Source of the DNA: Camelus ferus | Lineage: Eukaryota | Assembly (NCBI RefSeq): GCF_009834535.1 | Contig: NC_045697.1 | Span: forward strand, 1,986,001-2,050,000 | Direction of reading: 5' to 3' | DNA length: 64,000 nt | In this document: in pieces, positions 1 to 12,486 of the stretch | How the letters are laid out: each line of letters opens with the position of its first letter | How positions within the stretch are numbered: the stretch's first letter is position 1 | Notes under the pieces: generated by a model | What the model was told of the DNA's origin: nothing | The model's input: only the letters and a program-made list of their open reading frames with translations | Database searches by the model: none | Position numbers and translations under genes: made by a program

Positions 1-1575
1 ATAGGTGCCAACCCAGAGGCTTGCCAGTGTGCTCCCAAAACGGGTGTGGGTCTTTGAATGGGATCACTGCCAGTGGGTGCGTGCCTGTGATGGCACGTGT
101 ATCTCCAGGCACAAGTGCACAAGGCTTCTAGGAGTGGCTGGTCCGGTTTTTGTAGAAGCTGACTATCCCTTGACCTGCCTCGTGGAGTCGGCTCCCTGGC
201 TAAGATGTCTCGGGAGTGGGTCATCGCTCATTAAACCCCACTGAGAGAGCAGTCCACACGGTCAGCCCTCCGCAAGAGGGGTTAAGACTGCATCACGCTC
301 CCCTAGAAGTTTACAGCGAGCACAAATCGTGTTCCCAATCCAAAGTTTGTTGAAAATATCATTAATTTACCATCAGGTTTTTGTTTTCTTCGGGGGAAGG
401 AGTGTGTTTTTGGTTTCCTGCTGGCAACATCAGCAGGAAGAGTTTGAGCAAAACCAGGGTAGAGTCGGTTGGCAGTGCACCTGCACGCGTCTTCTCAGAA
501 ACGTGCCTCCTCCCGCCGCGACCCCTCCGAGCTGTGCTGGGCCTTTCCAGCTGCCAAGTGCCCTTTACTGCTGTCCTCTCCCACTGTTGCCAGCACACGT
601 GTCCCTCCAGGAGGAGAGAACTGCACTGAGACACCTCCAGACACCCAGAATGTAGCATCAGAGGAGGCCCTGCGCCCTGACGGACCCTTCACCACACAGG
701 CCCCTTCACGGCGTCTTTTGCAAGCCCTCAGGGCCGTGGGGAGCTTAGACGAGCCCCAGTATTGGCTCAGGCAGGACAGACCCGAAACAGCTCTCAGGGA
801 GACTTCCTCGGGGCTGGGTCCCGTGTGCTGGTCCTGTGTGGTTGGCGGGAGTGGATGTCGTGTCTTCTTGATACCGTGAGCATCTATTCCTGGCTCGTGT
901 CCTGTGCTCTGTGGTGAGTGCCCAAAACTGCAGCCACTGGCCAGGGAGACTCCTGGAGGTTCTGTCTGCTGGAGCGATGGGTGGGGGTGGGGGTGGGGGC
1001 GCCACCTCAAAAGCCGCCGATGCTTGCTGGAGACCACAGGGGTGGCCATGTGAGAAGGGGGCCACCCCCGCTGCCTGGGCACAGGCTCAGCAGGAAGGGG
1101 CCCCTAGGTGGTGGTGACAACCAAAGGTGGCCTGGAAGGTTCGGGGACACTTCCCGTGCGCCTGTCACTTTTTAGTGCAGTTGAAGGAACTTCTTTCCCC
1201 TAAGTGCTTCTGGGACAACCTGGCCCTGGACAGTCAGTGCAGAGTTTCCCGTTGCAAACTGAGTGACCAGTGGCCCCTGCCGCGGGTGGTTTGTCTGTGA
1301 GCCAAGCAGGGCCACCTGTCCCTACTCGCTGCCTCACACCGTGTGGAGCAGCTGTCGGCAGGGCTTGAGCTCACGCGGCACTGTCCCTTCCTGTCCCCAC
1401 TGTCCCCACCATCCCCCCTGCGCTGGGAGCCGGCAGGGCTGTGATGGGTGCACCCCGGAGCCTGGCCCAGACCTGTTTCTGAGAGGAGAGGGGAGGATTG
1501 ACATGAGATGTGTATTTTAATTTTTTAAACTTCTGCAAACATTGTACATCCAAATTAAAGGAAAAGAATTTAACT
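1..1575 (+). other. HTT: Distal part of the huntingtin long 3'UTR (non-coding terminal exon)
   Basis: Blocks such as CTCCAGACACCCAGAATGTAGCATC (~635-659), GGTGACAACCAAAGGTGGCCTGGAAGGTTC (~1113-1142) and the terminal GAGATGTGTATTTTAATTTTTTAAACTTCTGCAAACATTGTACATCCAAATTAAAGGAAAA (1505-1565) resemble the human HTT 3'UTR end as I recall it. MSANTD1 lies ~5 kb downstream, as in human. Confidence 0.85.
1554..1559 (+). terminator. HTT: Distal HTT polyadenylation signal ATTAAA
   Basis: ATTAAA at 1554-1559, preceded by TGTA (1543-1546, CFIm-type motif) and a T-rich tract, and followed by GT-rich sequence (CTGTGAATTGCCGTGTG). Confidence 0.8.
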
Positions 1576-3092
1576 GTGAATTGCCGTGTGAGGCCTGCTT
1601 TGCTTACGGACAACCTCGACCCTCCTGAGGAGGAGGCAGGAGCTGCTGCCTCATCCGCACGAGCCCACCGCCCTTTCTGTGCCGGACTGGGGGCCAGCTG
1701 GTGCTTCCTGTGACGGCCCCGGACCACAGCGCAGCCACCCTTCTGCCCAGCACACAAGGCTGGAAAGCTGCGGTGGTTCCGTGACGGAGTCTCCACGGGG
1801 CTGTGTGGTTTCCACCCTGAATCTCGGCCTCCGCGTTTGGCCCAGGGCCCTGGAGGGGTGTTTGGGGCTGGCATAGGTCCTGGGGAGGCTCGCACAGGGA
1901 CCACCACCTGGCTTTTGAGCCCCCTTCATGGCCCGTCTGGCCCTGTCCAGCTCATGGCCCCCGTGCCCTGGGCTCCAGTGTGGTGGTGCTGCCCCAGACA
2001 TTTGGTAAGTTCTTCCTACCCCAAACACCACTTCCTCCTGCAAGTCCTCCACGCAGCTACGTGGGCGCCATCCCTAGCTCTGTGAGCGCCTCGTCGGGAG
2101 CACCGGCAGTCGGCGCGGTGGTGGTCTCAGAGCACAGGCGCTTTCCTACCAGACAGACCCTAGGCTGTGGGCTGCCCCGGCAGGTGCTTTGTAATGTTGG
2201 CTGAAGTCCCCTCAGTTCCAGAGCATTGATGGCAGTGGGCAGCCTGCAGCCCGACCAAGGAGCCCAGAGAGACAGGTGGGTACAGACAGCCTGGCCTCTG
2301 CACGGAGACAGGGACAGTGTGGTCTTCACCTGCAGACACCAGCTTGTGACTTGTGCGTGGGCTGAAGGTGTGAGCACTGTGGGCAGGAAGCTGCTTGGAG
2401 AGCATTGGCTGCTGGGGCTGGTGGACCGGCCACGCTGGCCCCAGTGCCACCTGAGTCACTCTGCACATCCCCGACTTTGTCTCCTCTGTGGCAGCTCCAG
2501 GGCCCCCGACGGCCTCTCAGACTTCAGGGCTACCTACGCTCTACCCGCCCCGCCCTGGTCCAGGTGAGGACAGACTGACCTTCTGGGTATGGAGGGGCTC
2601 GGCCCGTGCCTCACCCCTCAGGGCAGTGTGGCCATGGGCCTGCTTTGTGGGGTCAACTGAGACGCCTTTGGGGAAACAATGAACGTATCCTGCAGTTTCC
2701 ACGAGTTCTCGGGCCCCAAACTGTCCTCCGTCTGGTTGGATGGCTCACCACCACTGGCCCCCCAAGCAGGAAGCCCCAGGGCCACCCAGATGTGCTCCCC
2801 CATGTCGCGTCCTCTAGGGGCCTGGTGTTCCCAGGCCTTCAGCTCACACAGTTCGGGATGGGAGGGACCACCAGCCAGGCCTGCACCCACCCTGGCCCAG
2901 AAGGTGCTCAGGGCATGGGTGGGCCCAGTGGAGCCGTGGAGTCTGGGTGGGAGCCTGCCCACCGGGGCAGAGGACCGAAAGTTAAGGGTCTGGGCTCCCC
3001 AAGTACTCGGAGAGGACGGTGGTGCCAGCAGGGGTCATTGCCCCTCTCCGCCCCGGTGGTCCATCCTCCTGCCCTGCCCTCCCACCGCTCCG

Positions 3093-3117
3093 CCCTGCCT
3101 GCCTGCCTGCCTGCCTG
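3093..3117. repeat. (CCTG)n tetranucleotide microsatellite
   Basis: CCTGCCTGCCTGCCTGCCTGCCTG seen directly. Confidence 0.8.
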
Positions 3118-4254
3118 GCCCCACCCCCACGCCCCCTGGGCCTCTCCTCTGCCCAGCTCTCTCGCCGTCTGGGACGGTCTCAGCTCCCTGCTGCCTGCTC
3201 CTGGAAGGCGCTGGAGGCCCCCTTCCTGCCCTGGGCTCCCGTGTCAGGGGAGAGTGAGGCCTGGAGGGCACCAGCCCCTCCTGAGCACATTCATGGCCCA
3301 GGACCCCCTGCTGAGGCCTGACTCCCCTTCTCCCCACAGGTGCTGCTGGGCGCCCAGCCCTGGGCCCTCTGCCTCCCTCTCCTTCAGAGACTGAGGGGCC
3401 CAGCGGGCCATGCAGCTGTGCCAAGGTACTGAGCCCCTCCCCAGCCAAGGACAGGCAGGGCCTCCTGCGGGGCTGCTTGGCCCTGCCTCCCTGAGCTCCC
3501 AGCCTTGCCCCTTCTTGTCCTTGGAGGCCCAAAGCAAGGGCTCTGCTTCAGGGAGCGTCTCCAGGGCTGCGCCTCCAGGGTGCTGGTGCCCCTGAGGCCT
3601 GAGAAGAGACGGAGTCCAGCTTTCTCCCCCGACTCCCCTGGACGGGTCGGCTTCAGGGGAAGGCAGGGGAGGGTGGTGTGCAGCTGCCTCCTCTGGGGCT
3701 GCCTGGTTTTCAGGGCCCTGAGCGCAGGCGGTGATGCCATAGGCCAGCTGCTGCTGCTCGGAGGCACTGGGGCCAGCTGTCCTGATGACTGATCACCGTC
3801 CCCAGCCAGGCCAGCTGCCATCTTCTGCCCAGTTCTCCAAAAGCTCCAAGGAGCACTGGGGCCGGGAGGGAAGGGGCAGTGGGTAGAGACCCCAGGGCCT
3901 TGGAGGTGCAGGCAGGCCCTCTGCACACCAGCCCCACATCCAGCAATGGAGAGTTATCCAGACAGGAGCTGCTGCTCCCACTGTGGGTGAGGACAGAGGC
4001 TGAGGGGTAGGGGTGGCCAGGTCACATGCTGAGTCAGTGGAGCTGGGCTTGAGACCCTGAGCCGGCTCTGCCTGCCTTCCTGTGGACTTCCACCCTGGTG
4101 CAGGGATGCCCTGTGAGGCAGCCCCGCTCTGCCCTTTGGGATGTGGCTGGGGAAGAGTCCTCGGGTGGGGCAGAGAGCCAGCTCTAGGGCCATTTGGGAG
4201 GTCAAATCCTTTGCCTGAGGAGTGGGAGGGCTTCCTGAAAGAGGTGGGCCTTAA

Positions 4255-4335
4255 CATCACTCATTCACTCTGCAAACACTACTGAGTGCTCTGTGCCAGG
4301 TGCCCAGGCCTGGAGAAGCACAGTTGTGAGCCTTC
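4255..4335 (-). mobile_element. L2 LINE 3'-end fragment
   Basis: TCACTCATTCACTCTGCAAACACTACTGAGTGCTCTGTGCCAGG resembles the reverse complement of the L2 3' terminus. Confidence 0.55.
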
Positions 4336-5369
4336 CTAGGGGGTGATGTGCAGCCAGGCGGTGGTGTCCCTATGTCCCCAGGGGACCACTGAAGCCCAGA
4401 GAGGGAGTGGCTTCCACAGAGAGCTGATGGCAGGACCAGGCCTTGACCTGGGAACCCACTGGGGGGATGCAGAAGCCCCTCCAAGTGCCCACATGTGCCC
4501 CTGCTGTCCTCTGCCTCTGCACTCCCAGGGCTGACTGCAGGGAGGAGGGAGTCTGGCCGGCCCACCCCGTCCTGAGCACCTCCCCTCCTCCTGCCTGGGG
4601 CCTTGGCCCCTCCCGCAGGGTGTCAGAGGGCGTGTGCAGGGCACATGGGGGCACAGGGTCGGGGACACCGCCCCACCCCAGCCTCAGACCAGGATGCCCC
4701 TGCGTGTGGTCAGGCCTGAGGAGGGCCCTCTGCCGCCTGCGGGGGTTTCAACCTGGGCTCTGAGAGCCCTCCCAGCCGAGGTCGGCCCCTGCCAGAACTG
4801 TACAGGTGCCAGGTGGGCTCGCTGGGCCGGCGGGCCTGGGGGCGGGGCTGGGCACCGCGTGGCGGCCACGGGTCCCCAGGCACAGGGCGCTTGCTGGTAA
4901 ACCCCCTCTTGAGTTTATCTTTCACGTCTTGGATCCTGCTGCCTTTAGGTGGCGCTTTCTCTCTGCAGCCGCTGCAGGTGCCACTGCTCTGGCCTCCTGC
5001 CCAGCTAGCCGGGCCTGCCGAGGCGGGGCCCCTTTCCTGCCCCTTCACGTGCGCTGGGCTGGGTGGCCTGGCCAGTTCTCCCCAGCAGTGTCCTTCTGCA
5101 AAGCCTGCCTTTGTCCTGTGCTGGAGGTCAGCGTCCATGTTCCCTGGCTCTGACTGTCAGTCAAGCCCTGGCTGAGGGCGGGCAGCCAAGGACCCCAGCC
5201 AGTGCAGCAGCCACTTTGTCCAGGGTCAGCGTTGGGGGCCTCCTAGGAAGCCCCAGGAAACGGCGGGGCACTGACCCAGGCATGCAGCACTTAGCACTGG
5301 CTACGTCATGTGTGCCCCTGCCCAGGGGTGCACAGCAGAGGGTCAGACCCAGCCCCGAGTCAGCCTGCC

Positions 5370-5560
5370 AGGGTTCAAGCCAAGCTCGGCCCTTTGCCCA
5401 CAGGGTGACCCCACCTCTCTGCCCCTCACCCTATTCATCTGAAAATGGGGATAAATATGGTGCCAGCCTCCCTCACCATCAGGATCAAAGTAGAAAACAC
5501 ACGTGCCTGTGCTTGGAACAACGCCCAGTGTCAGACAGTGTGCAAATTCTCATCACTGTC
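5370..5560 (+). mobile_element. MIR SINE
   Basis: Core ...CTATTCATCTGAAAATGGGGATAAAT... with GGGTTCAAGCC upstream and a MIR-like tail. Confidence 0.7.
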
Positions 5561-6519
5561 ACCTTTGCAGGTGCCCGATCCCAGGTCACACACACAACTG
5601 GATGGCAGAAAATAAATGTCTGGCTCAAGGTAGGATCAGTTTGCAGGAGGGAAAAAGGGAAGAAGGAGCACAGTGGAACAGAAGACTTTAAAGAGGTGGC
5701 GATGTCAGAACAGGGTTTTGAAGAATGAATGAGTTTGCCAGTAGGTCCAAAGGCGAAGTCTCGGTGACCTGCTGGGAAAGGAGGGGAATTAACCTTCGCT
5801 TGTTCATTCCTTGATTCAGCTTTACTGAACCCTTTTCTGTGGGGTCCAAGGAGCACCCTGCCTGGCAGGTGGAGGAGGCAGGGCTGGTGACGGGTGGTGC
5901 TGGTGCCAGGCAGTCAGGGCGGTGGGTCTGCCCTGGGTGGGACGGACACACCGCCTGCTCCTGCTACTCTGGCCTCAAGAACCGCGCTGGCTTCTCAGCC
6001 CACCCCCTCACCCGGGCCAGCAAGGAGTCTCGCCTGCAGGAGGGAAGCAGGCAGACGGGGCCGAGCCAGGGGTCTGCTTGGTGGCTGGAGCCCTGCTCCT
6101 GCCCAGCCTGGTGGTTTTACGTTTATATCGTACGTGTGAGCATGTTGGCCGGAGGATGGGTGGGTCGGTGGGGGTGGCCTGCTAGTGTGTCCCTGTGGGT
6201 CCCTGAGGGTGTGTTCCTGGGTCTTCCCTGTTGTGTCCTTCTCTGCCCCTCGCACCCTCTGTCTTCCTGTCTGTCCTCTGGGTCTCCCCGTCCCCAAACT
6301 TTGCTGCACCCCAGTGTGCTCCTGGCCCCCCACCTGTGTGAGCCTGGCCGGGCCGAGGTGGGGGCCGCGGCCTGCCCCGCGGGGATGCCTCACTGGGGGG
6401 GCCGGGGCTGAGCTGGGGTGGGAGGCAGGGCCGGGGGCCTGGGCTGCCAGTTTGGGGCCTGGTCTGCTCGCTGCAATATTGATGGCCCATCAGGGCGGCC
6501 CTGATTCCTGCGCTTTCAG

Positions 6520-6640
6520 TTAAAAGGTTTCTGTTGTTGTAGCTTATGCAGTTGCTCTGTTGCTATGGAAACGTGACATCAAAATGACGTTTCCCGTTTA
6601 AAAGCTTTTAACTAAATTCCTGCCTGTCAGATGTAGGCCC
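6520..6640 (+). promoter_or_regulatory. MSANTD1: Putative MSANTD1 proximal/core promoter: RFX X-box, CRE-like sites, TATA-like box, Inr
   Basis: AT-rich island within GC-rich DNA. It contains GTTGCTATGGAAAC (6559-6572, X-box), TGACATCA (6574-6581), TGACGT (6585-6590), TTTAAAAG (6597-6604) and the Inr-like GTCAGA (6626-6631, A at 6629, about 31 nt after the TATA-like box). Confidence 0.6.
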
Positions 6641-6648
6641 CATTTTGA

Positions 6649-7266
<618 letters not shown>

Positions 7267-9819
7267 TGACCCTCTTGGCCTGCACACACCCGCCCCGGGG
7301 AGACCCAGGGCCAGCACAGGCGCCACAGAGTGGCAGGCACTGCTGTGCAGACAGGGAACCCGAGGCTGGAGGTGTGAAGGAGGTTCAGCTGCCCGGCCTG
7401 TGAGTCCGCCTGTCCCCATGTGCTGTCATCTTAGCATCCGCCAAGCCAGCTGTGAGCACCGTGCAGCACTGGCCTCAGGGCCGGGGCGGGGTGTGGAGGG
7501 CTCATGGGGAAACCTCGAGTGTCCAGGGGGCTCCCGCTCCTGGGATGGGCCCCATTTGTGGAAGGACACATCTCTGCCCCTGCCCTGTCCCACACTGGCC
7601 CCCTGCCCTGGCATCCTTGGTAAAACCAAGTCAGGGCCAAGCACGGGGCTCCAGGCAGTGAGGGCAGTGCTGGCGTCCGGGAAGGAGCAGTGTGGCCCCA
7701 CATGCCCAGCAGCTCGGAGTGTGGGGCCCAGGTCGATCTGCAGAGGGTCATGGGCAGGGCCAAGGTCACAAGTGTGGAGAGGGTCATGGGCAGGGTAAAC
7801 ATCAAGCCAGAATGAGGGCTGTTGGGGAGAGTGGCACCATGAGCACAGGCCCTGTGGGCGGCCTGGGCGGCTTGCCCGTGTCTGGAGGTGGGGGGAGGCT
7901 GTCCCAGGAGGACGTGCAGGGGCCCAGCTGGTCCCAGCTGTGGCTGCCACGGGCAGGGGAACGAGATCCATCCAGGGCTGCATGCGGACTGGGCCCTGCG
8001 GGCTGGCCTTGGGCACCTTGAACCACGCTCTAGGGGTGAGAGGACCCTCCCCCGCAAATAGACAAGGAGAGACCCTCACCCCTCCTGCAGGGCCTGTGGC
8101 TCCGGGCCCCTCTGGAGCATGGAGACATGCAGAGGCTTGCTCCCCATGGTCCTGAACAACCAAAGCCTGTTTCAGTTGCATCAATTTAACTTTTCTTGGC
8201 CCTTGGAGGACCAGGTCCCAAGCCTGGCGCCATCCAAAGGCCACTTCTGACCCACAGCCTCGACCCCAGCCAGGCCCTAGGGCGGAAAGGAGGCAGCTGC
8301 TGGGGTCCGAAGGCATCAGAGTTACTCAGGTAGAGGAGGTTAGATGCCAGCCACCCACTCCTGACAGGAGGCCTGAGCTGTCTGCAGGCACAGACGCAGA
8401 CGCCCCCGCCCCACCGCTCACCAGCGCCCCTCGGTGCCTGGCGAGGAGGGGGCCGCAGAGGTGACGCTGGCTGTTTTACTGGCCTCCTCTCTGACTCTGT
8501 AACTCATGGGCTCTGATTGGTGTCTGGCCAGGTTATTCGTTATTTACCCTGAAAGCCTTCATCAGGGTCCCAGGGGAAGGATTCTGTTCCACTCTGGGAG
8601 GCTGGGGATGTGGGCTATGGAGGCCACAGGAGATGCAGGTGTGGCAGAGCGGGGCCTGGCCTCCTCTGGAGCCTCCATGCCCGCCACTGCAGTCCGGCCT
8701 GGGGTGCAGGCTGCACACGTGTACAGCACTTCACAGTTTGTGAAACACTTGTACACAGCAGCCCCTTCCAGGTCCCACTCGCTGAGGGGGAGACTGTGGC
8801 CTACAGCGGGAGGGGGACTTGCCCAAGGCCGCACAGCCCTTCCCAGGCTTTGGCTGGTTGACTCATTCTTTATCTCCCCACCCCTGACAGCCAGAGCTTC
8901 CCACAGCAAAGGCTCTTCTTATTTTTCCATAGTAGCTCTTTACATATTAAGGTTGACAGTTAAGGAAGCCTGGGCGGTGGCCTGGTTCCGTGGAGCGTGC
9001 TTCACTGGAATACCATTTAGGGGCTTCCTGCACTAGGGACAGGCCTTTCCTCATTTCTACAAGGAGTGGGCTGGCTGGGGTGGGCAAACAGGAGCTGGGG
9101 GTCCCAGAGGGCTGGGGGGAGCCCAGGCGGAGGGTGCAGTCATCTGCCCCTGTGCCTGGTGTGTGCACAGCCTCCTGGTGGGCAGCGGTCCCGTGGCCGT
9201 CCCTACATGGTCTGTTCCTGGCTTCCTGCTGAGGACACTGCTCAGTGGCTATTGAGGTGGCCACTTCCCGCCATGGCCAGCCTCTGCTTGCTGCCTGAGC
9301 CACAGGCCCCCCCGCCAGGGGTGATTCTTTCAGAGGGTCAGCTCATTATTTCCAGTGAGCGCTGTGACCACGGCCACATCCTAGCAGAAAACCCATGTTA
9401 GGAGACAGGAGCCACCTGGCCACGGGTCACTCTGTAGCTCGAAGGTCTTCCCACGTTGGGAGGAATGTGGGTCAGGAATGGGGGGTCTGCAGACTGAGGC
9501 TGAGGGCACAGGCAACCCTGGGCCTCAGAGAGGCAGAGAGCCCTCACCGCCCCCATTTGCTGGCCTGGCCCGGGCTGCCCTGCTGTCCTGTGGCCCCATC
9601 TCCCCACCCCTCACCTCCCAGGGGACAGCCAAGTCCCAGGGGCCTGCAGGGCCTGTCTGCAGGGCTGGGCAGGGTGCCAGGCCCGGGTGGGCAGAGTTGT
9701 GCCGTGCAGCCCCTCGGCCTGGGGTCTGAGTAGCGATGGGGGTGTCAGGCAGTGGGAAGGGAGTCCGTCAGGCCCAGCCTTGCTCCTCCTGCCACCTTCA
9801 GGCAAGAGCGGTACCTGGA

Positions 9820-10030
9820 CGGCTTGCTGTCTGCCAGGCACCGGGCGTTGTCTCCTTAAATCCTCCAACAGCTGTCTGAGGAGCTCGCTTCTTTGGTCAT
9901 CCCCATTTTACTGGTGTGAAAATGGAGGCTCAGAGAGGTTAATGAACCTGCCCACAGTCACACAGCAAAGTGGTGGAGACAGACACAGACTCAGATCTGC
10001 TGGACACTGAAGCCTGTGCCCCTGGCTCCT
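9820..10030 (-). mobile_element. MIR SINE in MSANTD1 intron 1
   Basis: CCCCATTTTACTGGTGTGAAAATGGAGGCTCAGAGAGGTTAATGAACCTGCCCACAGTCACACAGC is the reverse-strand MIR core. Confidence 0.85.
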
Positions 10031-10428
10031 GAGCTTCTTGCTCCTGAGGCGTCCTCTTTAGAAAAGCACATTTATCGCATTGCGTTATTCATCGCATTTT
10101 ACGCCCATGTCTGTGTTGTGGATTTTACTGTTGTTGGCTAATTTATTTAAACGCAGTATTTGTTCACTGCAGAGTTCAGGAAACAGGAAAGCAAAGAGAG
10201 GGTGGTAGGAATCAGCCCAAGGTCCGTCACTTACAGATCGCCTTGTCCGCACGGGGTGCGCTCTCCCTTCTCCGCATCCAAGGCGCTGTAGGTCCTGAGA
10301 CTGAATTCTTCCTAAGTCCACTGTCACCTTGGCCTGGAGCCTGGCCGATTTTTCTGAGGAGGCCGAGAGTGGCTCCCACCTGTGCCACGCGGCTCCCGGG
10401 TCCGGAGCCCCGAGGGCCCCTCTGCTGA

Positions 10429-10770
<342 letters not shown>

Positions 10771-10949
10771 TAGTGTGCGCTTCCTCCCGCCCCCACGCGA
10801 GCCAGCAGGGCCAGGCCGGAGGAGGAGGGGCTGGGAGCTGCGAGGGGCGTGGCGACCGCGTCCCTGGAGGCCCAGGTGGTGTGCAGAAGCCTCCGGGGAC
10901 AGGGAGGCCGAGGGCAGGAAGGCAGGTGGTCCCTGGAGCCCGGCTGCCG

Positions 10950-11070
10950 AGTCCGCAGACTGGGATCGTCTCCTGGCTGTCACTGCTGGGCCTTGCGAAA
11001 GTCCTTGACCTCTCTGGGCCTCAGTCTCCCTCTGTAACATGGGGATAAATCAGGACCTTCTCCAGGGAGG
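10950..11070 (+). mobile_element. MIR SINE fragment in MSANTD1 intron 2
   Basis: CCTTGACCTCTCTGGGCCTCAGTCTCCCTCTGTAACATGGGGATAA matches the MIR core. Confidence 0.75.
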
Positions 11071-11955
11071 ACTGGCACTGTGGAGGCCAGAACAGACCTG
11101 GGCACCTGGCCCACCCCTTGGCTTCCAGCTCTCAGGGTCCCCTCACCCCAAGCAGACCATGGGTCTGGGGTCCCCTGGGGTCCCTTCCCCCTGCGCTTGG
11201 CTGGCCGGCCAGTCCTCAGCACCAGGGAGGGGTGTCAGACTGAGCCCCCAGGGGGTCCTTGGAGCCTGGTTGCGGTGGGCGGGCCCGGCCCATGTGCCTG
11301 TCCATTGTGTCCCACTGTGCGTGGGCCAACCTCAAGATGCCATTCGACAGTGTGCGGGAGACACACCCCTGTGGTGTGGGGCCGGGGTGTCGGGAGGTGG
11401 CGTTTGGCTGGGCTTTCAAGGGTGAATAGGAGTTGGCCAGTGGGGAAGAGAACGGGAAGGGTGTGGGTTTGAGCTGCCAGACGTGCAGGCGGGGACGGCA
11501 CCTCTGGGCGTCCCTGCAGTCTGACACCCGCGTGTCAGGGCTGCTGCTCCAGTGCCCCTTCCTGGGGGCATTTCTCAGCAGAGGCCTCTGACAGAAGTGT
11601 CTTTGGGAAGCCTAAGGTTTATGGGGATTGAGCTGAGTTCCCAGACTGACGGCTGCCCCTGAGGTTGGCTGGGTCACCGTTCTGCATGGAAGTGCAGGGC
11701 TGGGGCCAGGGGACAGGCAGGGCCTGGGGGTCTGGTGGGATTTGGCAGCTCCCTGCCTCCCAGTGGGGGCCAGTTAGACCCGGGGTGCCCCCCACCCCCA
11801 GCAGAGTGCAGGCTGTGGGCCTTGGCTCCTCCACTGCCTGCCCACCAGAGGTTTTGGTCCTGGGGGGCAGCCTGTGGCCTGACCCCTGTGGGTGCCTGTC
11901 CCCCTGCCTCCACCCCCAGGGCATGCTGGCCTCACCACAGGCTGCTGGGAGATGA

Positions 11956-12486
<531 letters not shown>

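Noticed and set aside
1..1575. HTT coding sequence or CAG repeat
   Set aside because: Only 3'UTR-like sequence is present; none of the ORFs resembles huntingtin.
7742..7796. 18-bp direct repeat AGAGGGTCATGGGCAGGG x2
   Set aside because: A small local intronic duplication with no further structure.
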